Below, in pieces: positions 38,439 through 47,408 of a stretch of DNA of 64,000 bases. Position 1 is the stretch's first letter; each line of letters starts with the position of its first letter. This DNA is from a bacterium (GTDB lineage: Bacteria; Electryoneota; Electryoneia; Electryoneales; Electryoneaceae), in the NCBI GenBank assembly GCA_963669175.1, contig OY769902.1, forward strand, positions 768,001 to 832,000, given 5' to 3'. The notes below the pieces were generated by a model, which was not told where the DNA came from, made no database searches, and saw nothing but the letters and a program-made list of their open reading frames with translations. Position numbers and translations under genes: made by a program.

Positions 38439-38591
38439 GGAACCGAAAAGGTGAATCTCTGTTGTCATTGTGAAATATTACAAAACCATCACATCCTTTT
38501 GCCTTTTATTCTGATCATCCTTATTGATCCTGTTCATCCTGTAAATCAATCTGTAAATCAATCCGGAAAATCCAGAGACTTCAACCAACTC

Positions 38592-39350
38592 CTAATCGCC
38601 AATGACAAAGGTCGCCATAGGTAAAAGCGAACACAGTATTGCCAGCGTTTCCTGAACCCTCCACGCCGGGGGGTGTAACGCAGTGCGTTTCTGCCGTGGG
38701 TCATAACCACGCAGGATCAGCGCATCAGCCAGTTCATCGGCACGTTTCATACTGTTCGCGATCAGGGGCACCAGGATCGGCGTCCAAGCCAGGATACGGC
38801 CGATCCGTCCGCCCTTGCGTCCCCAGCCACGTGTCATCGCAGCACGTTGCAACGCGCCGGCCTCTTCATATAACACCGGCACAAAACGAAGCGATAATGC
38901 CAAGGCCAAAGCCGGTGCGCCGACCGAAATCCCGATCCAGCGCAATGGGCTCAACAGGCTTTCTACCGCACGAATTGCTTCAAGAGGTTTGGTCGTGACC
39001 GCGAGTGTTCCGGCGGCCAGCACCGCCACCGTAAGACGCAATACGATCAAGCCACCCTTTTGCAGACCTTCCAGAGTCAGCATCCATCCGGTCCAGGGCA
39101 TTTCCCACAGGATATGGCCGGAGGTGGTGAACCCGTGGATCAGTACGGTCAGCGTAAACATCCATACCAACGCCACAAGGGGAGCCGCAAGACGGAATAA
39201 ACGCCCCCCCGATAAAATCACCGCAACCGCTGTCACAAAACAAGCTGCCCAGAACCCCCAACCCCACGGCAACAGCATAGTCTGCCCGGCCAGCAGAAGG
39301 ACGGCTGGAAGCTTCGCGCGGGGATCAATCTTCAGCAGGGGTGATGACAC
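38592..39350 (-). CDS. ecfT: ECF transporter transmembrane component T
   Basis: IDPRAKL, TTKPLE, LSLRFVPVL, TRG, MKRADELADALILRGY; GTG 39350 preferred because ORF start 39386 lies inside a MITE TIR. Confidence 0.88.
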   Translation of the reverse strand: MSSPLLKIDPRAKLPAVLLLAGQTMLLPWGWGFWAACFVTAVAVILSGGRLFRLAAPLVALVWMFTLTVLIHGFTTSGHILWEMPWTGWMLTLEGLQKGGLIVLRLTVAVLAAGTLAVTTKPLEAIRAVESLLSPLRWIGISVGAPALALALSLRFVPVLYEEAGALQRAAMTRGWGRKGGRIGRILAWTPILVPLIANSMKRADELADALILRGYDPRQKRTALHPPAWRVQETLAILCSLLPMATFVIGD

Positions 39351-39369
39351 TGGAATCCTGTGTGTTTTT

Positions 39370-39639
39370 CTAGTGGACCGAATCACATGAATTGATAGAT
39401 ACTGAGCTGCGCATCATCGTTCAGGACAAGGCGCATTCCTGAAGACATAGCGGGTTATTTCAAAGGAACGGAACGACGTCATGAACGATGAGGCGCGCTC
39501 CCTTCGGGCTTGTCACGAGGCGGCTGTCTGCTGCGTTGATTTCATTTACAGTAACCCGCTACACCTGCATGAAATCGCCTTGCACCCAACTCGCCCGTGA
39601 CAAGCAGGACTCCTCGATTCATGTGATCCGTTCCACTAG
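39370..39639. mobile_element. 270-bp ERIC-like MITE with CTAG-bounded TIRs
   Basis: CTAGTGGACCGAATCACATGAAT / ATTCATGTGATCCGTTCCACTAG; two opposed arms, each CAAGGCG...TAGCGGGTTA...AACG. Confidence 0.7.
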
Positions 39640-39735
39640 CCATACACGTGAAAAGGTCCACCATTTACAGGCTGAATATAGGAGCGAAACAGCATGGAAA
39701 AAATGGTATTTCCTTCATGACCGATACTGCATTCA

Positions 39736-41148
39736 TCAAAGATCAAACTTGTCAATTTTCCTTCGCAGCGAACCCCTCGACAGACCAAGGTATTGTGCGG
39801 CTCTGGATTTATTTCCTTTGAATTTGTCCAGTGTTTTGGCAATGATTTCTCGCGTCAACCGTTCCAAGTTCAGGTTTTCGTCTGGTAAGGTAAATTGTTC
39901 GGGAGAAAGTGGCGGTGTAATGGGAGTAGATGTTACACCTGCATCATCGACAATGCCGTCGAGGTGTGAAGGGATCAATGTTTCCCCATCATGTAGCAGA
40001 ACGGCACGTTCGATCATGTTTTTCAATTCTCGAGTGTTGCCGGGCCAATTGTATTCTTCCAGCAGAAGGCTGGTGTCACTCCTGATGTATGTAAATCGCT
40101 TTTTCCTGGTTTTCGCATAGTTCTTCAGGAAAAGATCCGCCAGTGGGAGGATAGCCTCGCGTGTTGACCTCAACGAGGGTAGCTCGATCACGCCAAGGTT
40201 CAACCGGTGATACAGGTCGCTACGGAACGCGCCATTGTCAACCAGCGTGGTCAGTTTCACATTTGTCGCTGCAATGATACGGACATCAAGCTTGATACCC
40301 TTACTTCCACCGAGCCTGAACAGCTCTTTTTCCTGGAGGACACGAAGTAATTTGGGTTGCATTTCCATGGGCAGGTCACCGATTTCATCGAGGAATACCG
40401 TGCCCCCCTGTGCAGCCTCGAGCAGACCGACTCGTCCATACTTATTGGCCCCGGTAAAGGCGCCGGCCTCGTAGCCAAACAGTTCACTCTCGAACAGACT
40501 GGGACTGATTGCCGCACAATTCAGTGACAGGAAGGGGGAAGGAGTCCGTCCACGTCCATGATGAACCAGCCGTGCAACACCTTCCTTGCCGGTGCCGGTT
40601 TCACCGGTAATTAAAACGGGCACGGCACGGTCTTCATGGTAGGTTAAGGCCAATTCAAGCAGTTTTCGGTGGGCATGCGAATAGAATCCCAGTTCACCGT
40701 AATCCGGAACCTGGAACGTAATGCCTTTCCCACGCCAGTCCGTGCTGTCGATACCGTTGTCACTGCCCCCATTTTCAGCGTTAATCGAAACCTGGAGCCT
40801 GTCCATCAATGCTGCAAGCGTTCCGGCGTCAACCGGTTTTATCAGGTAATCAAACGCGCCCTGCCGTATGGCTGTTACTGATGTTTCCAGGCTGGCAAAC
40901 CCCGTCATCAGGACAACTTCCGCCGGCAATGGGGGTTCGTGATTTTTGATAGCCTTCAGTAATTCCATGCCATCCATGGGACTCATACGGATATCAGACA
41001 GTACGACATCAAAGGGCTGTTCCGATAGCAGTTTCAAGGCGGACCTGGCATTATCCGACTCTTCCACGTTGTGTCCCAGGGCCAGATCCAGGTAGCGAAC
41101 CACCGCTTTCCTGCTGGTCTGATCATCGTCAACGACCAGAATTTTCAT
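39736..41148 (-). CDS. NtrC-family sigma54-dependent response regulator
   Basis: REC (VVDDD, SDIRM); GETGTGKE, ESELFG, GAFTGA, FLDEIG, FRSDLYHRL, WPGNTREL; Fis HTH. Confidence 0.95.
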   Translation of the reverse strand: MKILVVDDDQTSRKAVVRYLDLALGHNVEESDNARSALKLLSEQPFDVVLSDIRMSPMDGMELLKAIKNHEPPLPAEVVLMTGFASLETSVTAIRQGAFDYLIKPVDAGTLAALMDRLQVSINAENGGSDNGIDSTDWRGKGITFQVPDYGELGFYSHAHRKLLELALTYHEDRAVPVLITGETGTGKEGVARLVHHGRGRTPSPFLSLNCAAISPSLFESELFGYEAGAFTGANKYGRVGLLEAAQGGTVFLDEIGDLPMEMQPKLLRVLQEKELFRLGGSKGIKLDVRIIAATNVKLTTLVDNGAFRSDLYHRLNLGVIELPSLRSTREAILPLADLFLKNYAKTRKKRFTYIRSDTSLLLEEYNWPGNTRELKNMIERAVLLHDGETLIPSHLDGIVDDAGVTSTPITPPLSPEQFTLPDENLNLERLTREIIAKTLDKFKGNKSRAAQYLGLSRGSLRRKIDKFDL

Positions 41149-42785
41149 GGTTTCTCCCGTTCCTGTTTACAAGTGGGAAACTGAAGCTGAAAACGTGCGC
41201 CACTATTATCAAGATTTTTTACGGTAATAGACCCTTTAAAATGTTCAACATACGTTTTTACGATTGCAAGCCCGAGTCCTGTTCCTTCTTCACTTTTTCG
41301 CGAAGAATAGAAGGGGTCGAATAGTTGGTCCGGGGGGGTGTCGCCCAATCCCGGGCCGTTGTCATCTACTTGCAGGAACAATGTTTCATCTTCTGTCCAG
41401 GCAGTTACCCGAATCCATTTGCCGGGGTTTGGTGAGATGTCCAGCGCACGCAGAGCGTTGGTCAACAGGTTCAAAACGATCTGCTCAAACTGTACCGGGT
41501 TGGCAAGAATATATACCGGCTGTACCGGGAGTTGGACATGAAGATTGACAAGATGGTTCTGAATTTGTTGTCCAAGAAACTCGATAGCGCCCTGAATCGC
41601 TTTGCCAATGGCTACCGGAACCAGGTCACCAGTTGAGGGTTCCACCCACATCAGGCGCATGTGCTTGATAATATCACTGATTCTCCCGGCCGCAGAGCGA
41701 ATGTCGCTGACGGTTTCAAAGACCTGCTGTTTCGGGATATTGTCGTTATTCTGGATAATCATTTGAAGCGTTTCAGAATTCAGCAAAAGGCCATTCAAAG
41801 GTTGGTTTATTTCGTGGGTTACTCCACCCGCAATAACCCCGATCGATGCAATTCGAGCTGCCTTCTGAAGGACTTCGGTTGCCTGTCTTTGTTTTTCTGC
41901 CTGCTTCTTCTCTTCGGTGATATCCTTGGATACCACAAGAACCATCATTTCCTCATATCCCGGCATCTGGATGGGTATGTAGGTTGTTTGGAAAGTGCGG
42001 GGTTGTTCCCAGAGGGGTGAAGCAAATGTTCGCTCGGGGATAAAATGGGAACGATTCGTATTCAATGCGACGTGGATTGACTGGAGAACCGTGCTGGTAA
42101 AACTCTCATCATTGGCCACCATGGTCCCGTCAATATTTTCAAGTTCGCTCAGAGGGTGGTTCAGATATGCAGAGAGAGTTTTATTCGCAAGAAGAATCCG
42201 TCCATTGCCGCTGGCAACAAAGATTAAATAGGGCACACTGTCAATCACGGTTCGGAGAAGAACACGATTACGACGTTGGTCCTCTTCCGCCTTCCTGCGA
42301 ATACGTATTTCATCCTGTAATGCCAAATTTGCCAGGCGTAATTCCGCTGTTTTCTGTTCCACTTCTTCAGCGAGCTCGTTTCTAAAGTTTTCTTCACGGC
42401 GGAGGTGGCCGGCGCGTTCAATAACGCGATCCAGGATATGCAACAGGATATTCATATCCACAATCGGTTTGACAAGATAATCCCACGCGCCGGCATTGAT
42501 GGCTTTCAGGGCATTACTGATGTCATTGGCGCCTGATATGACAATGATGGGGAGCAAGGGGTTGTCACTTGCAATATGTTCAATCAAGGAAAGGCCATCC
42601 ATCTTTGGCATCTGGAGGTCTGTGAGGATAATGTCCGGTTGCCGTTGACGGTAAAGCTCCAACCCTTCCTGCCCATTGCCAGCCTGGAAAACAGGGTAAT
42701 CATAGTCTTCCAGAAAATCACAGATAGTGATCCTGAAATCAGTTTCATCGTCCACGACCAGAACAGCAGGTTTTTTCACCGCCAT
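41145..42785 (-). CDS. REC-PAS-histidine kinase
   Basis: N-terminal REC, PAS, H-box THEINQPL, NLLTNA, DNGPG, FDPFYSS, GTGLGL; overlaps downstream gene by 4 nt. Confidence 0.92.
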   Translation of the reverse strand: MAVKKPAVLVVDDETDFRITICDFLEDYDYPVFQAGNGQEGLELYRQRQPDIILTDLQMPKMDGLSLIEHIASDNPLLPIIVISGANDISNALKAINAGAWDYLVKPIVDMNILLHILDRVIERAGHLRREENFRNELAEEVEQKTAELRLANLALQDEIRIRRKAEEDQRRNRVLLRTVIDSVPYLIFVASGNGRILLANKTLSAYLNHPLSELENIDGTMVANDESFTSTVLQSIHVALNTNRSHFIPERTFASPLWEQPRTFQTTYIPIQMPGYEEMMVLVVSKDITEEKKQAEKQRQATEVLQKAARIASIGVIAGGVTHEINQPLNGLLLNSETLQMIIQNNDNIPKQQVFETVSDIRSAAGRISDIIKHMRLMWVEPSTGDLVPVAIGKAIQGAIEFLGQQIQNHLVNLHVQLPVQPVYILANPVQFEQIVLNLLTNALRALDISPNPGKWIRVTAWTEDETLFLQVDDNGPGLGDTPPDQLFDPFYSSRKSEEGTGLGLAIVKTYVEHFKGSITVKNLDNSGARFQLQFPTCKQEREKP

Positions 42786-42944
42786 ACAGATTTCCCCCTC
42801 TCGATCCGGTCCACTAACCTATCCGCATTGTAGCGAAAAATACACTTTTTCAAAAGGCAAGACGAACAAATAATTGATGTATTCGATAACCGTAATTAAA
42901 ACAAAATAGAAAATTTTATTACTGAATACCACCGGATTTGATAA

Positions 42945-43010
42945 TTGGCTCGTTTGCGCCGTTTGGCTCGTTTGCGCCGGCGCGGTCTGGCCACGTGGCC
43001 GAAAGCGGCC
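42945..43010. promoter_or_regulatory. Candidate enhancer (UAS): 17-bp direct repeat plus GC palindrome
   Basis: TTGGCTCGTTTGCGCCG at 42945 and 42963, then TGGCCACGTGGCC; 70-135 bp upstream of a sigma54 promoter. Confidence 0.45.
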
Positions 43011-43077
43011 AGTTTTTCTTTGGATTCACTACAACTCAACATATTATTTGTTAAACATTTACAGAAATTTTCAATTC

Positions 43078-43092
43078 TGGCATACCCGTTGC
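43078..43092 (+). promoter_or_regulatory. sigma54 (-24/-12) promoter
   Basis: TGGCATACCCGTTGC with exact GG-N10-GC spacing, ~65 nt before the porin ATG; IHF-like ACTCAACATATTA at 43034. Confidence 0.65.
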
Positions 43093-43156
43093 CTTCAGCG
43101 CGGCTGATAACGAAAGCCTCGATAACGGGGTTGGTCATTTTTCACAGGAGGGTAAC

Positions 43157-44479
43157 ATGTTTTTTCATCGTTGTACTACCACTTCTATTGCATTATTTGC
43201 AATCGTGGTCGTTTTAACGGGGCTGCTACCGCAGTCAGAAGCGCTGGCGTTTGGTGACGACATTCATGTTGGTGGTATGGTCAGTCAGGGATATTTGCAG
43301 ACGACAGAAAACAACTTTCTGATTGACGATTCCAAAGATGGTTCCTTTGAATTTCAGGAAGCGACGATTCATTTCATGGCGATGCCGGTTGATCGCCTGC
43401 GTATAGGCGTTCAGCTTTACGCTCGTGATTTCGGATCAGAAGGCAACACGGATGTTGTTCTTGACTGGGCATACGGCGACTATCGCTGGCGTGATTTCCT
43501 GGGTGTGCGTGCGGGAAGGATCAAGATGCCAATCGGTTTCTATAACAAGGTTCGTGATATTGATGTCGCGCGTACATCAATCCTGTTGCCGCAGAGTGTG
43601 TATACAGAAACCCAGCGGGATTTCGGTCTTGCTTATGAGGGTGTGAATGTCTACGGCAATCTCGGTCTTGGTGGCGGTGGCAGTGCAGACTACGAGGCCT
43701 TTTTTGGCACACTGAATGTACCGAACATGAACAGCATCTTCTGGCGTGATGCGATCCAGAACATTGCGGATGGTTATTCTGCCGGTGTTGTGGCAGGGCT
43801 TTCCGCGGCAACCGGCGCTCCAGCCAACTCGATTTCCACGTATTCAACCTCCAACAATTCAGCGGCCAGTTTTGATAATTTCTATGGCTACCAGATTGTA
43901 TGGAACACTCCCATCAACGGCCTTCGTCTTGGACATACCAACCTGACCGGTTCGGTGGAATTCGGAACGGATGTAACTGTGGATGCAGATGTGCCAACCG
44001 GAAACGCCGCCATGCCGATCATGGAATCATCCAATTCAACGGAAGTTCGTTCTGAAGTAGACATTCCTTATCTCGCTACTTTCTCCGTGGAATACATCTG
44101 GAACAAGCTGACAGTCGCGGCGGAATACAAAGAAAACCGTTACGAAACCAAAACGTATTTCGACAACACGCTGGCGAGTGAAAGTGTGGATGTGGGTGTC
44201 GGTTACTACGGGATGGTCGGATACCAGGTATTCAACTGGATGACACTTTCCACCTATTACTCTGAATTGTATCCGGACAACAGTGATCGTGACAGCTCGC
44301 ACCGTCAGTGGTTAAAGGATGCGGCATTTTCAACCCGTTTTGATCTGAACAGCAACTGGTTGTTGAAGCTAGAGCTTCACTCGATGAACGGCACTGGCAG
44401 CCTTTCAAGGCTTCAGAATCCTGACGGTTTCGAAGAATCCTGGATGCTGTATGCAGCCAAAGCAACCTACCGCTTTTAA
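43157..44479 (+). CDS. Outer-membrane porin-like beta-barrel protein
   Basis: Signal peptide; LDWAYGDY, VRAGRIKMPIGFYN, LPQSVY; C-terminal ...ATYRF (terminal Phe, BAM signal). Confidence 0.8.
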   Translation: MFFHRCTTTSIALFAIVVVLTGLLPQSEALAFGDDIHVGGMVSQGYLQTTENNFLIDDSKDGSFEFQEATIHFMAMPVDRLRIGVQLYARDFGSEGNTDVVLDWAYGDYRWRDFLGVRAGRIKMPIGFYNKVRDIDVARTSILLPQSVYTETQRDFGLAYEGVNVYGNLGLGGGGSADYEAFFGTLNVPNMNSIFWRDAIQNIADGYSAGVVAGLSAATGAPANSISTYSTSNNSAASFDNFYGYQIVWNTPINGLRLGHTNLTGSVEFGTDVTVDADVPTGNAAMPIMESSNSTEVRSEVDIPYLATFSVEYIWNKLTVAAEYKENRYETKTYFDNTLASESVDVGVGYYGMVGYQVFNWMTLSTYYSELYPDNSDRDSSHRQWLKDAAFSTRFDLNSNWLLKLELHSMNGTGSLSRLQNPDGFEESWMLYAAKATYRF

Positions 44480-44505
44480 TCCGGATTTCCGAGGAGGATT
44501 TTACC

Positions 44506-44928
44506 ATGCGTAACGCATTTTCGATACTTGTATTGTTTTCCCTTCTGGTTATGGCAGTCGCAGCCCATGCGGGCGGTATCCAGATCATCGTGAACAGTAG
44601 TGTTCCGGATCTGGCTATTGACAAGGCTACCATCGGGAATATCTACCACGGCAAAAAGACCAGTTGGAGCAACGGTGCGAAGATTGTCCCGATCATGCTG
44701 AAAAGCGGCGCCGTACATGAAGATTTTGTAGCAAACATCCTGGGCAAAACTACTTCACAGTTCAACAATTTCTGGACCCAGGCCATGTTTACCGGTCAGG
44801 GTATTCCCCCGCAGACAGTAAACAGCGATGCGGAAGTGGTACAGTTTGTAAACAACACTCCGGGTGCAATCGGCTATGTTGCTGCAGGTACTGATATAGG
44901 TAGCGCAAAAAAGGTAACCGTGCAGTAA
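44506..44928 (+). CDS. Small single-lobe periplasmic binding-protein-like protein (PstS-like fold)
   Basis: Signal peptide; IIVN...[11 protein letters not shown]...[13 protein letters not shown]...[11 protein letters not shown]. Confidence 0.8.
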   Translation: MRNAFSILVLFSLLVMAVAAHAGGIQIIVNSSVPDLAIDKATIGNIYHGKKTSWSNGAKIVPIMLKSGAVHEDFVANILGKTTSQFNNFWTQAMFTGQGIPPQTVNSDAEVVQFVNNTPGAIGYVAAGTDIGSAKKVTVQ

Positions 44929-44962
44929 GACTGTCGTACCCTTGGAAAGAGTGAGGCTTGTC

Positions 44963-47335
44963 ATGAAGATTCGTCATAAGATACTTGGGATTCCGGCGCT
45001 TGCGGCAACCGCTTTTCTGGTAATCTTCCTTATTACCATGATTGGTGGCAGCAAGAATGCCCAGGTTCTTGAAGAGATAGAAACAGTTCATGTTCAGAAG
45101 ATGGCCCTGGTGTACAAAATCCAGGAAGAAGTCACAAAGATTCGCACCAAGTTGCAGAATGCGGCGCAATCTGCGGACATGGACCAAGTCAACCAGGCAG
45201 ATGAAGTAAGCCAGGGATTGGCGGTGCATTTCAAGCAGCTTGAAAATCTGGAAAACGAGGAAAAGGCCGTAATTGTTGATTTGCATAAATCCTACCAGGA
45301 ATACTATGCGCTGGCGCGTTCCACAACGCAGAAGTTCATCAACAATGAAGTATCTGCCGACCTTTTTGCCAATGTTCAACGGATGAACCAGATCTATGCC
45401 GGTGTTGTCGAGCAGCTTGGTCAGACTATTGCCAGCCAGGAACAGCAACTTGGGCGGGCTTTTGATACGGCACAGAGTGATTTTGCACGTTCCAGAAGCA
45501 CACTGATGGTTGTGGGAATTGGCTCTCTGTTGCTGGCGGCCCTGGCAGTGTTTGGCGGCTTCTGGCTGGGACGGACCATTGGTATGGGAATCGAGCTTAT
45601 CGCTGCCGGAGCACGCCGTTTTGCGGTGGGTGATGTTGTGCTGGCAGACATGGACCAGGCCGCTATTCATCGCCTGGATTCACGAAAGGATGAGCTTGGC
45701 GACGTCAGCCACGCCTTCTTCGAGTTGATCGAACAGACCAAGGCGAAGATAGAAGTGGCAGACGCTATCAGCCGTGGCGACCTGTCTGTAAACTTCCAAC
45801 CGGCCTCAAAGGAAGACTCGCTTGGTCATGCCATGGTGCGCATGCAGGCGACATTAAACGCGCTGATTGACAATATGGTCACCATGCACGACAAGCAGAA
45901 AGCCGGTGATATCGAGTACCTGATTGATGCGGGCAAGTTTGAAGGCGCGTACAACAAGGTGGCCGAAGGCTTCAACGCTACAGTTCAGATTCACATCGAT
46001 GCTGTTCTGACCATGTTAAACCTGCTGGGTGAGTATTCTGAAGGCGACCTGACCAATGTCTGTCCCACTTTCCCGGGCAAGCAGATAATTGCGACAGAAC
46101 GGTTCAACAAAATGCGCGACAATCTGAAGGCTGTCGTGGACGATCTTCGTGCGCTGGTTGATGCCGCCCTGGACGGTCACCTCAATGAACGTGCTGATGC
46201 AAAGCGTCACCTGGGAGCCTTCCAGGATATCGTTGAAGGTGTCAACCAGACATTGGAAGCGGTTGTCCGTCCGGTGCAGGAAGCCAATGACGTGATCGGC
46301 CACCTGGCGGAAGGTGACCTGAGTGTCAAGGTTATGGGTGATTACAAGGGTGATCACGCCATGATCAAGCAGGCGCTGAACACAACCATTGATTCCCTGA
46401 ACGATATCATCGGCCAGGTGCGAATTGCTGCCGAAGAAGTCCTCAGTGGAGCTCAGCAGGTTTCTGATTCCAGCCAGTCCCTGTCGGAAGGGGCTACGGA
46501 ACAGGCCGGTTCATTGCAGGAAGTCACCTCGTCTGTCACCCAGATCGGCAGCCAGACTCGTCAGAACGCAGACAACGCGAAGCAGGCCGAACATCTTGCC
46601 TCCCAGGCGAAGAGCAGCGCGGACATGGGGAACCAGAGCATGAAGCAGATGCTCCAGGCTATGCAGGATATCAATGCGTCATCCGCAGAAATCTCCAAGA
46701 TCATCAAGGTGATCGACGAGATAGCTTTCCAGACCAACCTGCTGGCTCTGAACGCGGCGGTTGAAGCAGCGCGTGCCGGTGTTCACGGCAAGGGATTCGC
46801 GGTAGTTGCGGATGAAGTGCGTAACTTGGCGCAACGTAGCGCCCAGGCAGCCAAAGAGACCACGGAACTGATCGAAGGGTCTGTGAACCGGATCGAAAAC
46901 GGTTCCGCTGTAGCAGACCAGACAGCAGAAGCGCTCAACGAAATCATCTCCGGAATTACCAAGGTTAATGACCTGGTAATGGAGATCGCTTCAGCATCCA
47001 ACGAACAAACAGTTGCCATTGACCAGATCAGCAACGCACTGGAACAGATTGACAGTGTTACCCAGGCAAACACATCCAACGCTGAAGAAGGCGCATCCGC
47101 ATCGGAAGAATTGTCCTCGCAAGCTCAGGATTTGAAAAAAATGGTCAGCCAGTTCAGGCTGGATGATGACCAGGAATATGCGTCTGCCAGGTCTTTTTCT
47201 GGATCGCCGAAAGCAAGTAGGGGTAAAACTGCTCCAAAGCGGCTTTCAGGTTGGAACAGTGCACAAAGCAAGCCAACTGAAGTTGCTCCCAACGAAGTTA
47301 TCAATCTCTCGGACGACGATTTTGCGGATTTCTAG
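44963..47335 (+). CDS. Methyl-accepting chemotaxis protein with periplasmic helical sensor and multiple HAMP domains
   Basis: 2 TMs, HAMP (RKDELG), further HAMP repeats, [20 protein letters not shown]; C-terminal DFADF pentapeptide-like tether. Confidence 0.95.
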   Translation: MKIRHKILGIPALAATAFLVIFLITMIGGSKNAQVLEEIETVHVQKMALVYKIQEEVTKIRTKLQNAAQSADMDQVNQADEVSQGLAVHFKQLENLENEEKAVIVDLHKSYQEYYALARSTTQKFINNEVSADLFANVQRMNQIYAGVVEQLGQTIASQEQQLGRAFDTAQSDFARSRSTLMVVGIGSLLLAALAVFGGFWLGRTIGMGIELIAAGARRFAVGDVVLADMDQAAIHRLDSRKDELGDVSHAFFELIEQTKAKIEVADAISRGDLSVNFQPASKEDSLGHAMVRMQATLNALIDNMVTMHDKQKAGDIEYLIDAGKFEGAYNKVAEGFNATVQIHIDAVLTMLNLLGEYSEGDLTNVCPTFPGKQIIATERFNKMRDNLKAVVDDLRALVDAALDGHLNERADAKRHLGAFQDIVEGVNQTLEAVVRPVQEANDVIGHLAEGDLSVKVMGDYKGDHAMIKQALNTTIDSLNDIIGQVRIAAEEVLSGAQQVSDSSQSLSEGATEQAGSLQEVTSSVTQIGSQTRQNADNAKQAEHLASQAKSSADMGNQSMKQMLQAMQDINASSAEISKIIKVIDEIAFQTNLLALNAAVEAARAGVHGKGFAVVADEVRNLAQRSAQAAKETTELIEGSVNRIENGSAVADQTAEALNEIISGITKVNDLVMEIASASNEQTVAIDQISNALEQIDSVTQANTSNAEEGASASEELSSQAQDLKKMVSQFRLDDDQEYASARSFSGSPKASRGKTAPKRLSGWNSAQSKPTEVAPNEVINLSDDDFADF

Positions 47336-47408
47336 GTAATACATTTCCATGACAAGCCCACTCTTTTCCGGGCATCCGTAGTACCCTTTGAAGCAAGAGG
47401 TAGTAGTC

